DNA from: Escherichia phage vB_ESM-pEJ01
Length of the DNA stretch: 64,000 nucleotides
Reading direction: 5' to 3' (one strand)
Sequence record: OP114734.1
Within the stretch, counting starts at the first letter, position 1, and every line of letters begins with the position of its first letter. The notes under the pieces are model-generated. The model did not search any database and was not told where the DNA came from. It was given only the letters and a program-made list of their open reading frames with translations. Below, one piece after another: positions 18,503-26,884 of this stretch. Position numbers and translations under genes: made by a program.

Positions 18503-20554
18503 TTACATTTTAAATTTATCTGGCATTGCGTCTACAGATACCAGATCAGCGATAAGCTGACGTAGAGTTGCCTTATCTGCTTTCTTACGTTCGGTTTTAG
18601 CTTCGCTAATGAAGCTGGAGAAAGACAGGTCAGAAGCAGGTTTAATAACACCTTCACGGATGAATGCATCACCGTCCGCGATCATCTCGCCAGATTCTTG
18701 TAATGCTGCCAGTTCATTTTTGTTCATAATATGTGCCTCAATGTAATAAGTTTCTTGTGAATCAGTCGATGCCGTGGCACTAGTTACCGTATCAAAGGAT
18801 AACACAACACCGCGAGGAAGTAAAATCTCGCATTCTTTGTAAGCAAATGCTTTGTTACCTACTGGCAATACAGGGATGTTTTCCGCGCCAGCAATGGAGA
18901 AAGCAACATTAGCGCCACCTTCACCGCGAGAGCCAGCCATAGAATCAACACCAGCAACGGCACTAGCCACGTTTGCATTCCAGCCGCCAAAAATGTTAGG
19001 TGCAAGGGAAGTGCTCACATAGTTTTTAAAGTAAAACGCTTTTTGCTTACGTGCAGTTTCCCACATTTGCGACCGGAAGTCCATACCACGATACAGAATA
19101 GTACCCGGATCAAGTTTAACGCCATAGTTGGAGAAGGCATTATCCAGTGCATCGCACATCTTGACCAATTCTTCTGGATCTGCGATGCCTTCAAACTCTT
19201 CCAGCTTACGGTCGGTTAGGAAGTTGTTCATATTGATGTATGCTGCATCGGCATATTCGCTCAACACAAAACCTTCCGCGCCTGGCAGATCAAGATCAAT
19301 ATCTGCCATCATTTCACCCATGTTGCTAGCAATTGCTTCAAACATACCGGACGCAACATTACGTAGGGCATCGGTTTTAATCTGGGTGATATGACTACGC
19401 AGCATTTCAGCTTTTACATCTGCTGGCATAGACTGGTCTACTCGATCCATTGCCAGGGCGGTGATCTTGTTTTCGAATACTTCCTCGCTCATGATTTCTT
19501 TTAAGCGTTTGACCGAGGCTGCGATAACTTCCGCAGACAACGGATCATATTGATCCTGAACTTTTACCAGTTCGCTTACTGCGTATTTTGCATCGGCTTC
19601 GCTTTCAAAAATAGTACGCATGAAACCATAGCGAGTGATAATATCACTTGTCCAGTCATTCAGAGAACGGGCGGTTGAACGTTCTAAGGCTTGACGGTCA
19701 ATCAGAGTATTAAACTGTTTCTTAGGTTCGGCTTCGGTGATATCTTCTTCCGGTTTAAGATTAATTTTTTCTGGATGATTCACATAGTCGCTGTTATAGG
19801 TCGCTTGAGTTTTCAGCATTTCTTCTTTAGTCAAACGAGATTTAGCCGCTACGCGTTGTTCCGCTTCCGCGTTTCGTTCTTCTTCTGACACAAGACTAGC
19901 CGCATACGCTTCATCTTTAGTCAGAGATTCACCGGTAGCCTTAGATACCCAGCGATCACCTAAATCACTTTCTACTTTAGTGAACAGGGAATCATCAAGT
20001 TTAATCCCTTTAATCTTATCAATCGCCATACCGCGACGCTTGACAACAACTAAAGCGATCTTTTTGCTGGTCATTACTTCCTGCTGGAATACTTCAAACT
20101 TCGGTGTACGACGCACCAAACGCTCTATAACGCGCTTAACCAGTTCGGTCTTACCTTTCATGCGGGATACGTTAAAACGGAACATAACAGCGTCTAATTG
20201 CGCTTTACGGGCTGTTTCCATAACCACATCAAAAGCACTTGCCATAACTGCAATCGGGTTATCACCTAGACCATTTTTAAGCTGTACAATACGACCGCTT
20301 TTGTTCATTTCGCACAGTACAACATGTGCGGTCTTGTCACCCATACGAATGATTTTAGGTGTTTTGTTGGTGAAGTTACAAAGACGGACAATCACATCTT
20401 TATCGCGTGTCTGTACTGCAAAAAGCTGTTTAGGATTCTGCTTAGGCTTTAAGCACTGTACCGGGGCAATACTACCAAAGTTTTCTTCCTCTTCCGTCAA
20501 CAGCCATTTCTCGAAAGATTCAATCATTAGATCGTCGATTTCTAAGTTAAACAT
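18503..20554 (-). CDS. alt: Alt ADP-ribosyltransferase (virion-packaged RNAP modifier)
   Basis: 683 aa (T4 Alt 682 aa); C-terminal ART motifs LYRGMD, STSLAP, ECEILLPRG. Confidence 0.85.
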   Translation of the reverse strand: MFNLEIDDLMIESFEKWLLTEEEENFGSIAPVQCLKPKQNPKQLFAVQTRDKDVIVRLCNFTNKTPKIIRMGDKTAHVVLCEMNKSGRIVQLKNGLGDNPIAVMASAFDVVMETARKAQLDAVMFRFNVSRMKGKTELVKRVIERLVRRTPKFEVFQQEVMTSKKIALVVVKRRGMAIDKIKGIKLDDSLFTKVESDLGDRWVSKATGESLTKDEAYAASLVSEEERNAEAEQRVAAKSRLTKEEMLKTQATYNSDYVNHPEKINLKPEEDITEAEPKKQFNTLIDRQALERSTARSLNDWTSDIITRYGFMRTIFESEADAKYAVSELVKVQDQYDPLSAEVIAASVKRLKEIMSEEVFENKITALAMDRVDQSMPADVKAEMLRSHITQIKTDALRNVASGMFEAIASNMGEMMADIDLDLPGAEGFVLSEYADAAYINMNNFLTDRKLEEFEGIADPEELVKMCDALDNAFSNYGVKLDPGTILYRGMDFRSQMWETARKQKAFYFKNYVSTSLAPNIFGGWNANVASAVAGVDSMAGSRGEGGANVAFSIAGAENIPVLPVGNKAFAYKECEILLPRGVVLSFDTVTSATASTDSQETYYIEAHIMNKNELAALQESGEMIADGDAFIREGVIKPASDLSFSSFISEAKTERKKADKATLRQLIADLVSVDAMPDKFKM

Positions 20555-20596
20555 TTTATATCCTCTAGTTGATAACCTATAAACCTATATTTATGA

Positions 20597-20620
20597 AAAG
20601 GGGGCTTAACGCCCCCCTTT
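20597..20620. terminator. GC hairpin with flanking A/T runs (bidirectional terminator-like)
   Basis: AAAGGGGGC-TTAA-CGCCCCCCTTT. Confidence 0.5.
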
Positions 20621-20621
20621 A

Positions 20622-20834
20622 TTATAATGCACCATCGAGCAATTGCTCTAATGTGTATCCTGAATAGTCTTTTTCAATCAGGATATATTTTCCTACTCGT
20701 TTAATACAACCGCGCATTTCAACGTATTCTGCGTAGTTGATGGTGCGAGTTGTTCCATCTTCTAGCAAAGCAGTACCGATTTCGTTAATGCGGTCATAAG
20801 TTACGTCGGTAATGATGATTTCGATGTTAGCCAT
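20622..20834 (-). CDS. Hypothetical small early protein (70 aa)
   Basis: ATG at MANIEIIITD preceded by AGGAG; promoter 40 nt upstream. Confidence 0.55.
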   Translation of the reverse strand: MANIEIIITDVTYDRINEIGTALLEDGTTRTINYAEYVEMRGCIKRVGKYILIEKDYSGYTLEQLLDGAL

Positions 20835-20870
20835 TTGATACTCCTTAGTAGTTCGTTTCGGTATGTGTGC

Positions 20871-20900
20871 ATTATAGGGGATCACCGATCCCCCTGTCAA
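20871..20900 (-). promoter_or_regulatory. Early promoter (TTGACA-N18-TATAAT on - strand) with GGGGATC/GATCCCC palindrome in the spacer
   Basis: Plus strand reads ATTATAGGGGATCACCGATCCCCCTGTCAA. Confidence 0.6.
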
Positions 20901-20907
20901 CAACTTT

Positions 20908-21426
20908 TTAGTTATTTTTTAATTGTTCATCTTGCAATAATGCAATCACATGCTGGCGATGCTCTTCTGATTGAGGCACACCAAAAAAGTTTGTTTTGTA
21001 GAAATACTCTAATCGGTCTTCTCGTGTGCTCTCTTCCATCATGATCGCGGGTAGTCCGAGATTTCGGAAACGTCGCTTTTCTGCTGGCGTAAAATCACTG
21101 TAATACAACATAGAATCATCATTACCAGCAATGCTAAACTCATCCTTCATGAAAGAGAATATTGCGTTTAAACGCTGTTTACCGTCCACGATTTCGATCT
21201 CATAGCGAGAGCCATCATCAATCTTAGCCATTGCGATAGAGCCTACCGGAAAATCATTAATCATGTTTTCGATAAACATACGTTTGTTTTCGGTGTCCCA
21301 TACCAAAGGACGCTGATAATCTGGGTTCATGTTGATATAGCCATCTTCTAACCATGCCTCATAAACAGAGATGACAAAGTTTTTAGTATTGGTATAGTAA
21401 CGGCGTTTAGGCGTTAAACGGTTCAT
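20908..21426 (-). CDS. DUF262 / ParB-like nuclease-domain protein
   Basis: NPDYQRPLVWD and IVDGKQRLNAI (DGQQR-type motif); ATG at MNRL after AGGAG. Confidence 0.6.
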   Translation of the reverse strand: MNRLTPKRRYYTNTKNFVISVYEAWLEDGYINMNPDYQRPLVWDTENKRMFIENMINDFPVGSIAMAKIDDGSRYEIEIVDGKQRLNAIFSFMKDEFSIAGNDDSMLYYSDFTPAEKRRFRNLGLPAIMMEESTREDRLEYFYKTNFFGVPQSEEHRQHVIALLQDEQLKNN

Positions 21427-21427
21427 G

Positions 21428-21760
21428 TTATAGTCTCCTGAATGGATCATCACGTAAATCAATATCTTTTAAGAACTCATCCCATGAATGGCGGATATTA
21501 TTCTTAATTCTCCAGATAAGCGAAGGGATTGAACGCTCTCCCATCTGGAAGTATGGATCATATGATCCGTATGCCCAATATGCTACTACAATTCCGCAAT
21601 CAGTGCAATAGTATTCTATCTCGCTTGCTGGCGACCAAAGTCCATCAATATGATCACGGATCTTGCTTTCAATGTTATGACTATGGCAATCAGGGCAACG
21701 GATGCAATGACCTTGTTTGTCATAATTTGACGTTAGCGAATACTTAAACAATCTCATCAT
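21428..21760 (-). CDS. Zinc-ribbon protein (110 aa)
   Basis: CIRCPDC...CTDC (two CxxC pairs); start overlaps upstream stop. Confidence 0.5.
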   Translation of the reverse strand: MMRLFKYSLTSNYDKQGHCIRCPDCHSHNIESKIRDHIDGLWSPASEIEYYCTDCGIVVAYWAYGSYDPYFQMGERSIPSLIWRIKNNIRHSWDEFLKDIDLRDDPFRRL

Positions 21761-22473
21761 AGATCCTTATTGGCTTCAAATACTGCCTTTGCGAATCCTC
21801 GCGGGGTAAGTGACCTGATAGTCTTTGTTCTGGTTCCTTTCCCGCCTAGCTTAGAATGCTGTTTACTGTACCCTTTATTAATCGGCAACGGTTTCTTTTC
21901 TGGCATTATAAAGCCTTGTCCGGTCCATAAGCAAGTCTTTTTCGGGTACATATCACGGGCGGCAATATACTCAGGAAACGTAGGATGTATATCATCTTCC
22001 GGCAAATAACCGCCATATTCCCACGGGTGGAACATGTAATCAGGCTTACGCCACATGCTAGAGATAACGCTTACAGGATTCTCTATCATGTAGGGAACTC
22101 CTAGCCATTCACCCAAATAAGCGGTTATTTTAGCTGCCCGTACATCATGAACTTGAATCAACGGTCCTTGTTCTAGTTTCTTTCGTTCAAAGTGCGCAGC
22201 GCCACTAACAGCTAAATTGGTGCACGGTGGGAATGCAAAGATAATATCCGGTTTCCCCCATTCAAGGTCCATTGCTCTTTCCAGCCAGTTCAAATCAATC
22301 CAGGTGTTTACATAGGTAATGTTTTGATGTTCAAATCGGGTATTATATTTTTTGTATGTACCGTGGTCGCCATCGTCAGCATTAAAGCAGATCACCTTAT
22401 GACCTGCTTTAGCCCATTCTAACCCCATTATCCCCGATCCGTCAAAGTTGCAGAATATTAATTTTTGTTTCAC
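21757..22473 (-). CDS. C5-cytosine methyltransferase-like protein, truncated (238 aa)
   Basis: Motif I-like FCNFDGSG, motif IV-like FPPCTNLAVSGA (Pro-Cys), motif VI-like MIENP; no obvious target-recognition domain. Confidence 0.4.
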   Translation of the reverse strand: MKQKLIFCNFDGSGIMGLEWAKAGHKVICFNADDGDHGTYKKYNTRFEHQNITYVNTWIDLNWLERAMDLEWGKPDIIFAFPPCTNLAVSGAAHFERKKLEQGPLIQVHDVRAAKITAYLGEWLGVPYMIENPVSVISSMWRKPDYMFHPWEYGGYLPEDDIHPTFPEYIAARDMYPKKTCLWTGQGFIMPEKKPLPINKGYSKQHSKLGGKGTRTKTIRSLTPRGFAKAVFEANKDL

Positions 22474-22721
22474 GCTGCCCCCATTGGTTTGATAGTAACA
22501 GAATCTAAAAGACCTTTGTTAGCCAGTTCGCGGCAAGTTTTCAGATCCGCAACTTCCCAGCCAGCCGCAATCAGGTTATCGATTAGGCTGTTAGCAACTT
22601 CTTCGCTCATGAAAGAGCACTGTTTGCCGATGGTGTAGCGTACACGCTGTAATTTCAGTTTACGGAAGCCTTTAACGTTCAGGTCTTTAGCGATTTTCTT
22701 TGCGGTTTCGATGTTAGCCAT
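22470..22721 (-). CDS. Hypothetical small early protein (83 aa)
   Basis: First gene after promoter 22762..22790; coupled to downstream gene. Confidence 0.55.
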   Translation of the reverse strand: MANIETAKKIAKDLNVKGFRKLKLQRVRYTIGKQCSFMSEEVANSLIDNLIAAGWEVADLKTCRELANKGLLDSVTIKPMGAA

Positions 22722-22761
22722 TGTTTGATTCTCCTAAGTGGTATCTCGTCTTGATGGTTGT

Positions 22762-22790
22762 ATTGTAGGGGAGTTATCCTCCCCTGTCAA
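22762..22790 (-). promoter_or_regulatory. Early promoter (TTGACA-N17-TACAAT) with GGGGAG/CTCCCC palindrome
   Basis: Plus strand reads ATTGTAGGGGAGTTATCCTCCCCTGTCAA. Confidence 0.55.
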
Positions 22791-22804
22791 CACTTTTTAT
22801 AAAA

Positions 22805-22972
22805 TTATTTGTTAATTTCTGGTGCGTTGCTAGGATAGTAACCTTCTTTAACTCCGAGATATTTCGCAACCATCCCTACAATCTTCTGTGCTACTACAAT
22901 GTCAAATTTCAGATAATCTTCGCCGTGGGTTTCAATGATATATGCTTCACATGCTGCTTTAGTCTCGAACAT
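22805..22972 (-). CDS. Small early protein (55 aa), paralogue of 26083..26250
   Basis: MFETKAACEAYIIETHGEDYLKFDIVVAQK...; about 85% nt identity to the second copy. Confidence 0.6.
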   Translation of the reverse strand: MFETKAACEAYIIETHGEDYLKFDIVVAQKIVGMVAKYLGVKEGYYPSNAPEINK

Positions 22973-23005
22973 TTTGATTCTCCTATTTCGTTTCGTTATG
23001 TGTGT

Positions 23006-23034
23006 ATTATAGGGGATCTCCAGATCCCCGTCAA
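23006..23034 (-). promoter_or_regulatory. Early promoter (TTGACG-N17-TATAAT) with GGGGATC/GATCCCC palindrome
   Basis: Plus strand reads ATTATAGGGGATCTCCAGATCCCCGTCAA. Confidence 0.6.
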
Positions 23035-23048
23035 CAACTTTTTTAAAA

Positions 23049-23330
23049 TTATTCGTGATTAGTTTCGATGTTGTGCATTTTGCACCAGTTCAGCCAATCA
23101 CCCAGATCCTGATAGTTAATGCTTTTATCTGCTGCCATCGTTTTTGTCTTGATACCCATATGTGCGTTATGAGTAAGCATTTTTACAGTGAACTCAATTT
23201 TATCACCTTTAGCTTTAACATCAACCAGTTTGGTCCACTGGCTACCAGCGCCGCGAATGTTCATACCAACGATGTTTCCGATGTATGCTTCTTTGTTTTT
23301 CAGGATTTCGGTTGCTTTGATGAATTTCAT
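23049..23330 (-). CDS. Hypothetical small early protein (93 aa)
   Basis: ORF with own promoter and AGGAG ribosome-binding site. Confidence 0.55.
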   Translation of the reverse strand: MKFIKATEILKNKEAYIGNIVGMNIRGAGSQWTKLVDVKAKGDKIEFTVKMLTHNAHMGIKTKTMAADKSINYQDLGDWLNWCKMHNIETNHE

Positions 23331-23363
23331 TTTTGATTCTCCAGTTCGTTTCGGTATGTGTGT

Positions 23364-23392
23364 ATTATGCTATGTTCTTACTTTGGTGTCAA
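23364..23392 (-). promoter_or_regulatory. Early promoter (TTGACA-N17-CATAAT)
   Basis: Same upstream AAAAAGTTGTTGACA context as neighbours. Confidence 0.5.
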
Positions 23393-23400
23393 CAACTTTT

Positions 23401-23670
23401 TTAGATATTTTCAGAAATAAATTTTAAAACTTGACGTAAATGTTTCTCATCTTTGATAGTCGCCGGAAGTTCTTCTTTTACTTCCTGTGCAAGATAGATA
23501 TTTCCGTTCCAAGTGAAAGATCCGTCTTCGTTTACGCGATAGCTGAACATCCACTCGCAATCATTTTCGATTTCATATACACACAGAAGGGTGTAATCGT
23601 TAAAGCTATTGATTTCAAGGTCGAAGCCGTGACGTTTTGCAAAGTTGGTAGTGGTTTTAGTCAGCGCCAT
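23401..23670 (-). CDS. Hypothetical small early protein (89 aa)
   Basis: ORF with own promoter and AGGAG ribosome-binding site. Confidence 0.55.
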   Translation of the reverse strand: MALTKTTTNFAKRHGFDLEINSFNDYTLLCVYEIENDCEWMFSYRVNEDGSFTWNGNIYLAQEVKEELPATIKDEKHLRQVLKFISENI

Positions 23671-23710
23671 TGTTTGATTCTCCTAAGTGGTATCTCGTTT
23701 CGATGGGTGT

Positions 23711-23739
23711 ATTATGCTATAGGCGTGATCTGGTGTCAA
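23711..23739 (-). promoter_or_regulatory. Early promoter (TTGACA-N17-CATAAT)
   Basis: Plus strand reads ATTATGCTATAGGCGTGATCTGGTGTCAA. Confidence 0.5.
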
Positions 23740-23768
23740 CAACTTTTTTAAAATTTTATGCAATAAAA

Positions 23769-23788
23769 AGCCGACACTAAGGTCGGCT
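23769..23788 (-). terminator. Intrinsic terminator (- strand)
   Basis: Stem AGCCGAC/GTCGGCT with T-run on the - strand. Confidence 0.55.
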
Positions 23789-23795
23789 AATAAAA

Positions 23796-24104
23796 TCATT
23801 TAGACAAATAATCATTCAGTGCAATCCGGTCGGCATGTTCCGGCGTTACGTCAATCGCAATCAGTTTAACGCGTGCTTTCTTGCGACCTGGGTTTTCTCG
23901 TAACCAGTGCTCATGACCGTGAACATTTTTATACTGCGATGCTTCTTCGAAGGTACGGATCGGACCTGGGTAATCAGCGTAAAGGATCTCTAGGTCATCG
24001 GTGATGTAAAAATATACGTTGTAATTGCTGTTCTCTAGTTTAAGCAGAGACATTCGGAACATTGGGAGATTTTCGCGGGTAAATTCAAAGATATTATCTT
24101 TCAT
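23796..24104 (-). CDS. HxHW-family small protein, member 1 (102 aa)
   Basis: ATG at MKDNIFEF after GAGGA; motif HGHEHW...VKLIAIDV. Confidence 0.55.
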   Translation of the reverse strand: MKDNIFEFTRENLPMFRMSLLKLENSNYNVYFYITDDLEILYADYPGPIRTFEEASQYKNVHGHEHWLRENPGRKKARVKLIAIDVTPEHADRIALNDYLSK

Positions 24105-24153
24105 AGTATTATCCTCAATAGTTGGATGAAACGGGGGCTTAACGCCCCGTATA

Positions 24154-24441
24154 TTAAAACAGCCCTTCCTGTACACCGTAGTAGAGTTCATCGCTGATAA
24201 TTTCATTAATGCGACGGTGTGCATATTCCTGATTTGCGAAGTTGTCAGCAAGTTCTACTTTAGTTTCGCCGTCATGAGTCCATTTAGTGATAACTTTACC
24301 ATCTGCAAATTTGAAGTTGAACTCTTTAGCTACCGCATCGCGTACCAGACGTGCAAACTTGTTGTTGCGGATTGCATTGTCGGTTTCGTGTGCAGCGTGA
24401 GCGAATTTGTTAACTTTCAGAGTGATAGTAATGTATGCCAT
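24154..24441 (-). CDS. Hypothetical small early protein (95 aa), paralogue of 27727..28038
   Basis: Shared segment VRDAVAKEFNFK vs VRKALAKEFNTK. Confidence 0.5.
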   Translation of the reverse strand: MAYITITLKVNKFAHAAHETDNAIRNNKFARLVRDAVAKEFNFKFADGKVITKWTHDGETKVELADNFANQEYAHRRINEIISDELYYGVQEGLF

Positions 24442-24487
24442 AATTTGATTCTCCTAGTTAGAAAGTGTATCTCGTTTCGATGGGTGT

Positions 24488-24516
24488 ATTATGCTATACA
24501 CCCGATCTTATGTCAA
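24488..24516 (-). promoter_or_regulatory. Early promoter (TTGACA-N17-CATAAT) with GGGTGTA/TACACCC palindrome around the -10
   Basis: Plus strand reads ATTATGCTATACACCCGATCTTATGTCAA. Confidence 0.5.
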
Positions 24517-24522
24517 CACTTT

Positions 24523-24801
24523 TTATAAAATAATTTTTTGATATTTTTCTATGATGTTCGTGTAAGTCACATCAACCGCTATCACCGTTGCTTCGAATCC
24601 ACCGTTTAGCCAATGGCTATGGTCATGATCGTGAAAGAAACCAAGACCAGTACGAAGACCTTCTTTATATTCGGCGCGTACATTTAGATCATCATCGATA
24701 AACAGATAAAACCATGAATTTTTACTAGGATTGATGATACAACCTTTCAGATTAGGGAGAATATCACGACTAAGAATAAACTTATCACCTACTTTGAACA
24801 T
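24523..24801 (-). CDS. HxHW-family small protein, member 2 (92 aa)
   Basis: ATG at MFKVGDK after GAGGA; motif HDHDHSHW...VIAVDV. Confidence 0.55.
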   Translation of the reverse strand: MFKVGDKFILSRDILPNLKGCIINPSKNSWFYLFIDDDLNVRAEYKEGLRTGLGFFHDHDHSHWLNGGFEATVIAVDVTYTNIIEKYQKIIL

Positions 24802-24815
24802 AATATTTTCCTCAC

Positions 24816-25124
24816 TTATAAAGTTTGACCGTTGTTTTTCGCGTAATGCTGAATGCGTGCTTGATCTGCTTCCGCTGGTGATAGATTCCATGCAACCACT
24901 ACAACTTCTGACGCATCGTCATCCGTTTCTGATACCCAATGATTGTGATTCATACAGTTATTTGCTATCGAGTGAGCAAATGATTTCATCACTGGAGACG
25001 TATAATCATAGTAACGGATTTTCAGATTTTCATCAACATACAAGTAGATCGTATAAGGTTTATATTCAGTAACCAGTAACAGACAGTTACGCAATTCTGG
25101 GAAAATCTTTTTAGTTAATTTCAT
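24816..25124 (-). CDS. HxHW-family small protein, member 3 (102 aa)
   Basis: ATG at MKLTKK after GAGGA; motif NHNHW...VVVVAW. Confidence 0.5.
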   Translation of the reverse strand: MKLTKKIFPELRNCLLLVTEYKPYTIYLYVDENLKIRYYDYTSPVMKSFAHSIANNCMNHNHWVSETDDDASEVVVVAWNLSPAEADQARIQHYAKNNGQTL

Positions 25125-25125
25125 T

Positions 25126-25344
25126 TTATAATCCTCGGTCTCGGCTATAGTACACGGTACGCCATACAATTTCATGTTTCGTGTCGCTCCAGCACACGAT
25201 CTCATTTACTCTTAAATCTTTGTTATCAACAAAAGATGAACATTGTGACGCTTCTTTCATCATTTTATCTGCTGTTTTCTCATCAAATACAGCACAGATT
25301 TCTTTATACACTCGATAATCTTTGAATTGACTCTGAATACCCAT
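25126..25344 (-). CDS. Small Cys-containing protein (72 aa), paralogue of 25304..25567
   Basis: SQFKDYRVYKEICAVFDEKTADKMMKEASQCSSF vs SKFKEYKAYQQILRVYAPEFAEKMMEDASKCPSF. Confidence 0.45.
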   Translation of the reverse strand: MGIQSQFKDYRVYKEICAVFDEKTADKMMKEASQCSSFVDNKDLRVNEIVCWSDTKHEIVWRTVYYSRDRGL

Positions 25345-25567
25345 AATTAACACCATTCCAACCAATTGTTTTTGAGAAAACGTCTATCCACTGTTGAGTG
25401 TAGCATGTTTCTTTCCATGATACAATACGAGTGGAATAATGGTTTTTGTTTCCAGAAAAGGACGGGCATTTTGATGCATCTTCCATCATCTTTTCGGCGA
25501 ACTCTGGTGCGTATACTCGCAGGATCTGTTGATATGCTTTGTATTCTTTAAATTTGCTCATAATCAT
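25304..25567 (-). CDS. Small Cys-containing protein (87 aa), paralogue of 25126..25344
   Basis: See paralogue; overlaps neighbours by a few codons. Confidence 0.45.
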   Translation of the reverse strand: MIMSKFKEYKAYQQILRVYAPEFAEKMMEDASKCPSFSGNKNHYSTRIVSWKETCYTQQWIDVFSKTIGWNGVNYGYSESIQRLSSV

Positions 25568-25826
25568 TCACTACCTTATCAGCTTCTTTTGTTGTTTTTA
25601 CATCAACTGCGATAACTCGTAAAGGTTCGTCATGGTTCCACCAGTGGTCATGAATATCAGCTTGTGATTTATCACCAAAGGAATCACGAATATCATTTTT
25701 ACATTTATAGCTAATGTGACCTTCATAGTCAACATAAAGGTAATTATCGAAAATCGGCGTTTTTAAGATCATACCGAAAAATCTTTCTTTGTGTGTCTTA
25801 TCCAGCGTTACAGTAATTCGCATCAT
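25548..25826 (-). CDS. HxHW-family small protein, member 4 (92 aa)
   Basis: Motif HDHWWNHDEPLRVIAVDV; AGAGGA ribosome-binding site. Confidence 0.55.
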   Translation of the reverse strand: MMRITVTLDKTHKERFFGMILKTPIFDNYLYVDYEGHISYKCKNDIRDSFGDKSQADIHDHWWNHDEPLRVIAVDVKTTKEADKVVNDYEQI

Positions 25827-25838
25827 AATATATTCCTC

Positions 25839-26018
25839 TTAGAAAGGGATGGTCATTTCTTGAGCTTGTACATTCTCGTTAGGATTAAACTTCATCCAAC
25901 CGATATTGTCTACCAGCATATGTACATTTTTATCATATCCTACGTGAGTAGTCAACACTAAATGTGCTTTACCTTCAACGATGATTTCCATGTACTTCTG
26001 AACTTCGATAGCTTTCAT
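25839..26018 (-). CDS. Hypothetical small early protein (59 aa)
   Basis: ATG after GGAGAATCAAA leader; MKAIEVQKYMEIIVEGKAHLV... Confidence 0.45.
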   Translation of the reverse strand: MKAIEVQKYMEIIVEGKAHLVLTTHVGYDKNVHMLVDNIGWMKFNPNENVQAQEMTIPF

Positions 26019-26050
26019 TTTGATTCTCCGTTTGTTGTCTTGATGGGAGT

Positions 26051-26079
26051 ATCTTACTACTCCCTTTAATCATTGTCAA
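26051..26079 (-). promoter_or_regulatory. Early promoter (TTGACA-N17-TAAGAT) inside GGGAGTA/TACTCCC palindrome
   Basis: Plus strand reads GGGAGTATCTTACTACTCCCTTTAATCATTGTCAA. Confidence 0.5.
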
Positions 26080-26082
26080 CTA

Positions 26083-26250
26083 TTATTTGTTAATTTCCGG
26101 TGCGTTGCTCGGATAGTAACCTTCTTTAACACCTAGATATTTTGCAACCATTCCGGTGATCTTCTGTGCTACTACGATATCGAATTTCAGGTAGTCTTCA
26201 CCGTGGTTTGCTACAATGTATGCTTCGCATTCTGCTTTAGTCTGGAACAT
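26083..26250 (-). CDS. Small early protein (55 aa), paralogue of 22805..22972
   Basis: MFQTKAECEAYIVANHGEDYLKFDIVVAQK... Confidence 0.6.
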   Translation of the reverse strand: MFQTKAECEAYIVANHGEDYLKFDIVVAQKITGMVAKYLGVKEGYYPSNAPEINK

Positions 26251-26284
26251 TTTTGATTCTCCTATATCTCGTTGGTATGTGTGC

Positions 26285-26313
26285 ATTATAGGGGATCGGT
26301 GATCCCCTGTCAA
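26285..26313 (-). promoter_or_regulatory. Early promoter (TTGACA-N17-TATAAT) with GGGGATC/GATCCCC palindrome
   Basis: Plus strand reads ATTATAGGGGATCGGTGATCCCCTGTCAA. Confidence 0.6.
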
Positions 26314-26320
26314 CAACTTT

Positions 26321-26623
26321 TTATTCTTCATCTTTATCTTGATATGCGTACTTCATAAATTTGTCTGCTACTTTGTCCGCGTTTTCAGGTTCTACGTCTG
26401 ACGCTAGGACAACAGCTAGTTCGGTTTTGTCGTTTCCATCATACCAATGATTATGAGTGTCGTTTTCTTCGATATAAAACGAATCGTTTGGAGTTGTGCG
26501 ACAATATACGTCTAAATTCCCATCGATATAAAAGATCCAATCCGAATACAAAATGATTGTTTTAGCAAGATTTTTATTGTCTCTTACAAAAGGTTCCGCG
26601 ACAAATAGCTTAGTTTGTTCCAT
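26321..26623 (-). CDS. HxHW-family small protein, member 5 (100 aa)
   Basis: ATG at MEQTKLF after GAGGA; motif THNHWYDG...LAVVLASDV. Confidence 0.55.
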   Translation of the reverse strand: MEQTKLFVAEPFVRDNKNLAKTIILYSDWIFYIDGNLDVYCRTTPNDSFYIEENDTHNHWYDGNDKTELAVVLASDVEPENADKVADKFMKYAYQDKDEE

Positions 26624-26639
26624 AATATTTTCCTCAAAA

Positions 26640-26828
26640 TTATACAGCTTCGTAAACTTCCCAATGTTCAGCACCAACACGCTTAACGAAAAGGTTTTCT
26701 TTGATGTTATTCATAAACGTCTGGATGGATTTAATGCGGTTGGAAGGTTTCCAGTCTTCGTTGGCATTGCGGTGATACATAATATTACCAGTTCGCTTAT
26801 ATTCAGCAACCATTTTAAGACCACACAT
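26640..26828 (-). CDS. Hypothetical small early protein (62 aa)
   Basis: ATG after GAGGA ribosome-binding site. Confidence 0.45.
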   Translation of the reverse strand: MCGLKMVAEYKRTGNIMYHRNANEDWKPSNRIKSIQTFMNNIKENLFVKRVGAEHWEVYEAV

Positions 26829-26884
26829 AATATTATCCTCAATTTGTGGGAGAGTATTACCCTCCCGATTATTGTTATACTACA

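Noticed and set aside
19980-20582. Plus-strand 200 aa ORF inside alt, and similar antisense ORFs in nrdA, gene 34 and gene 37
   Set aside because: They lie wholly inside well-supported genes on the other strand and lack ribosome-binding sites.
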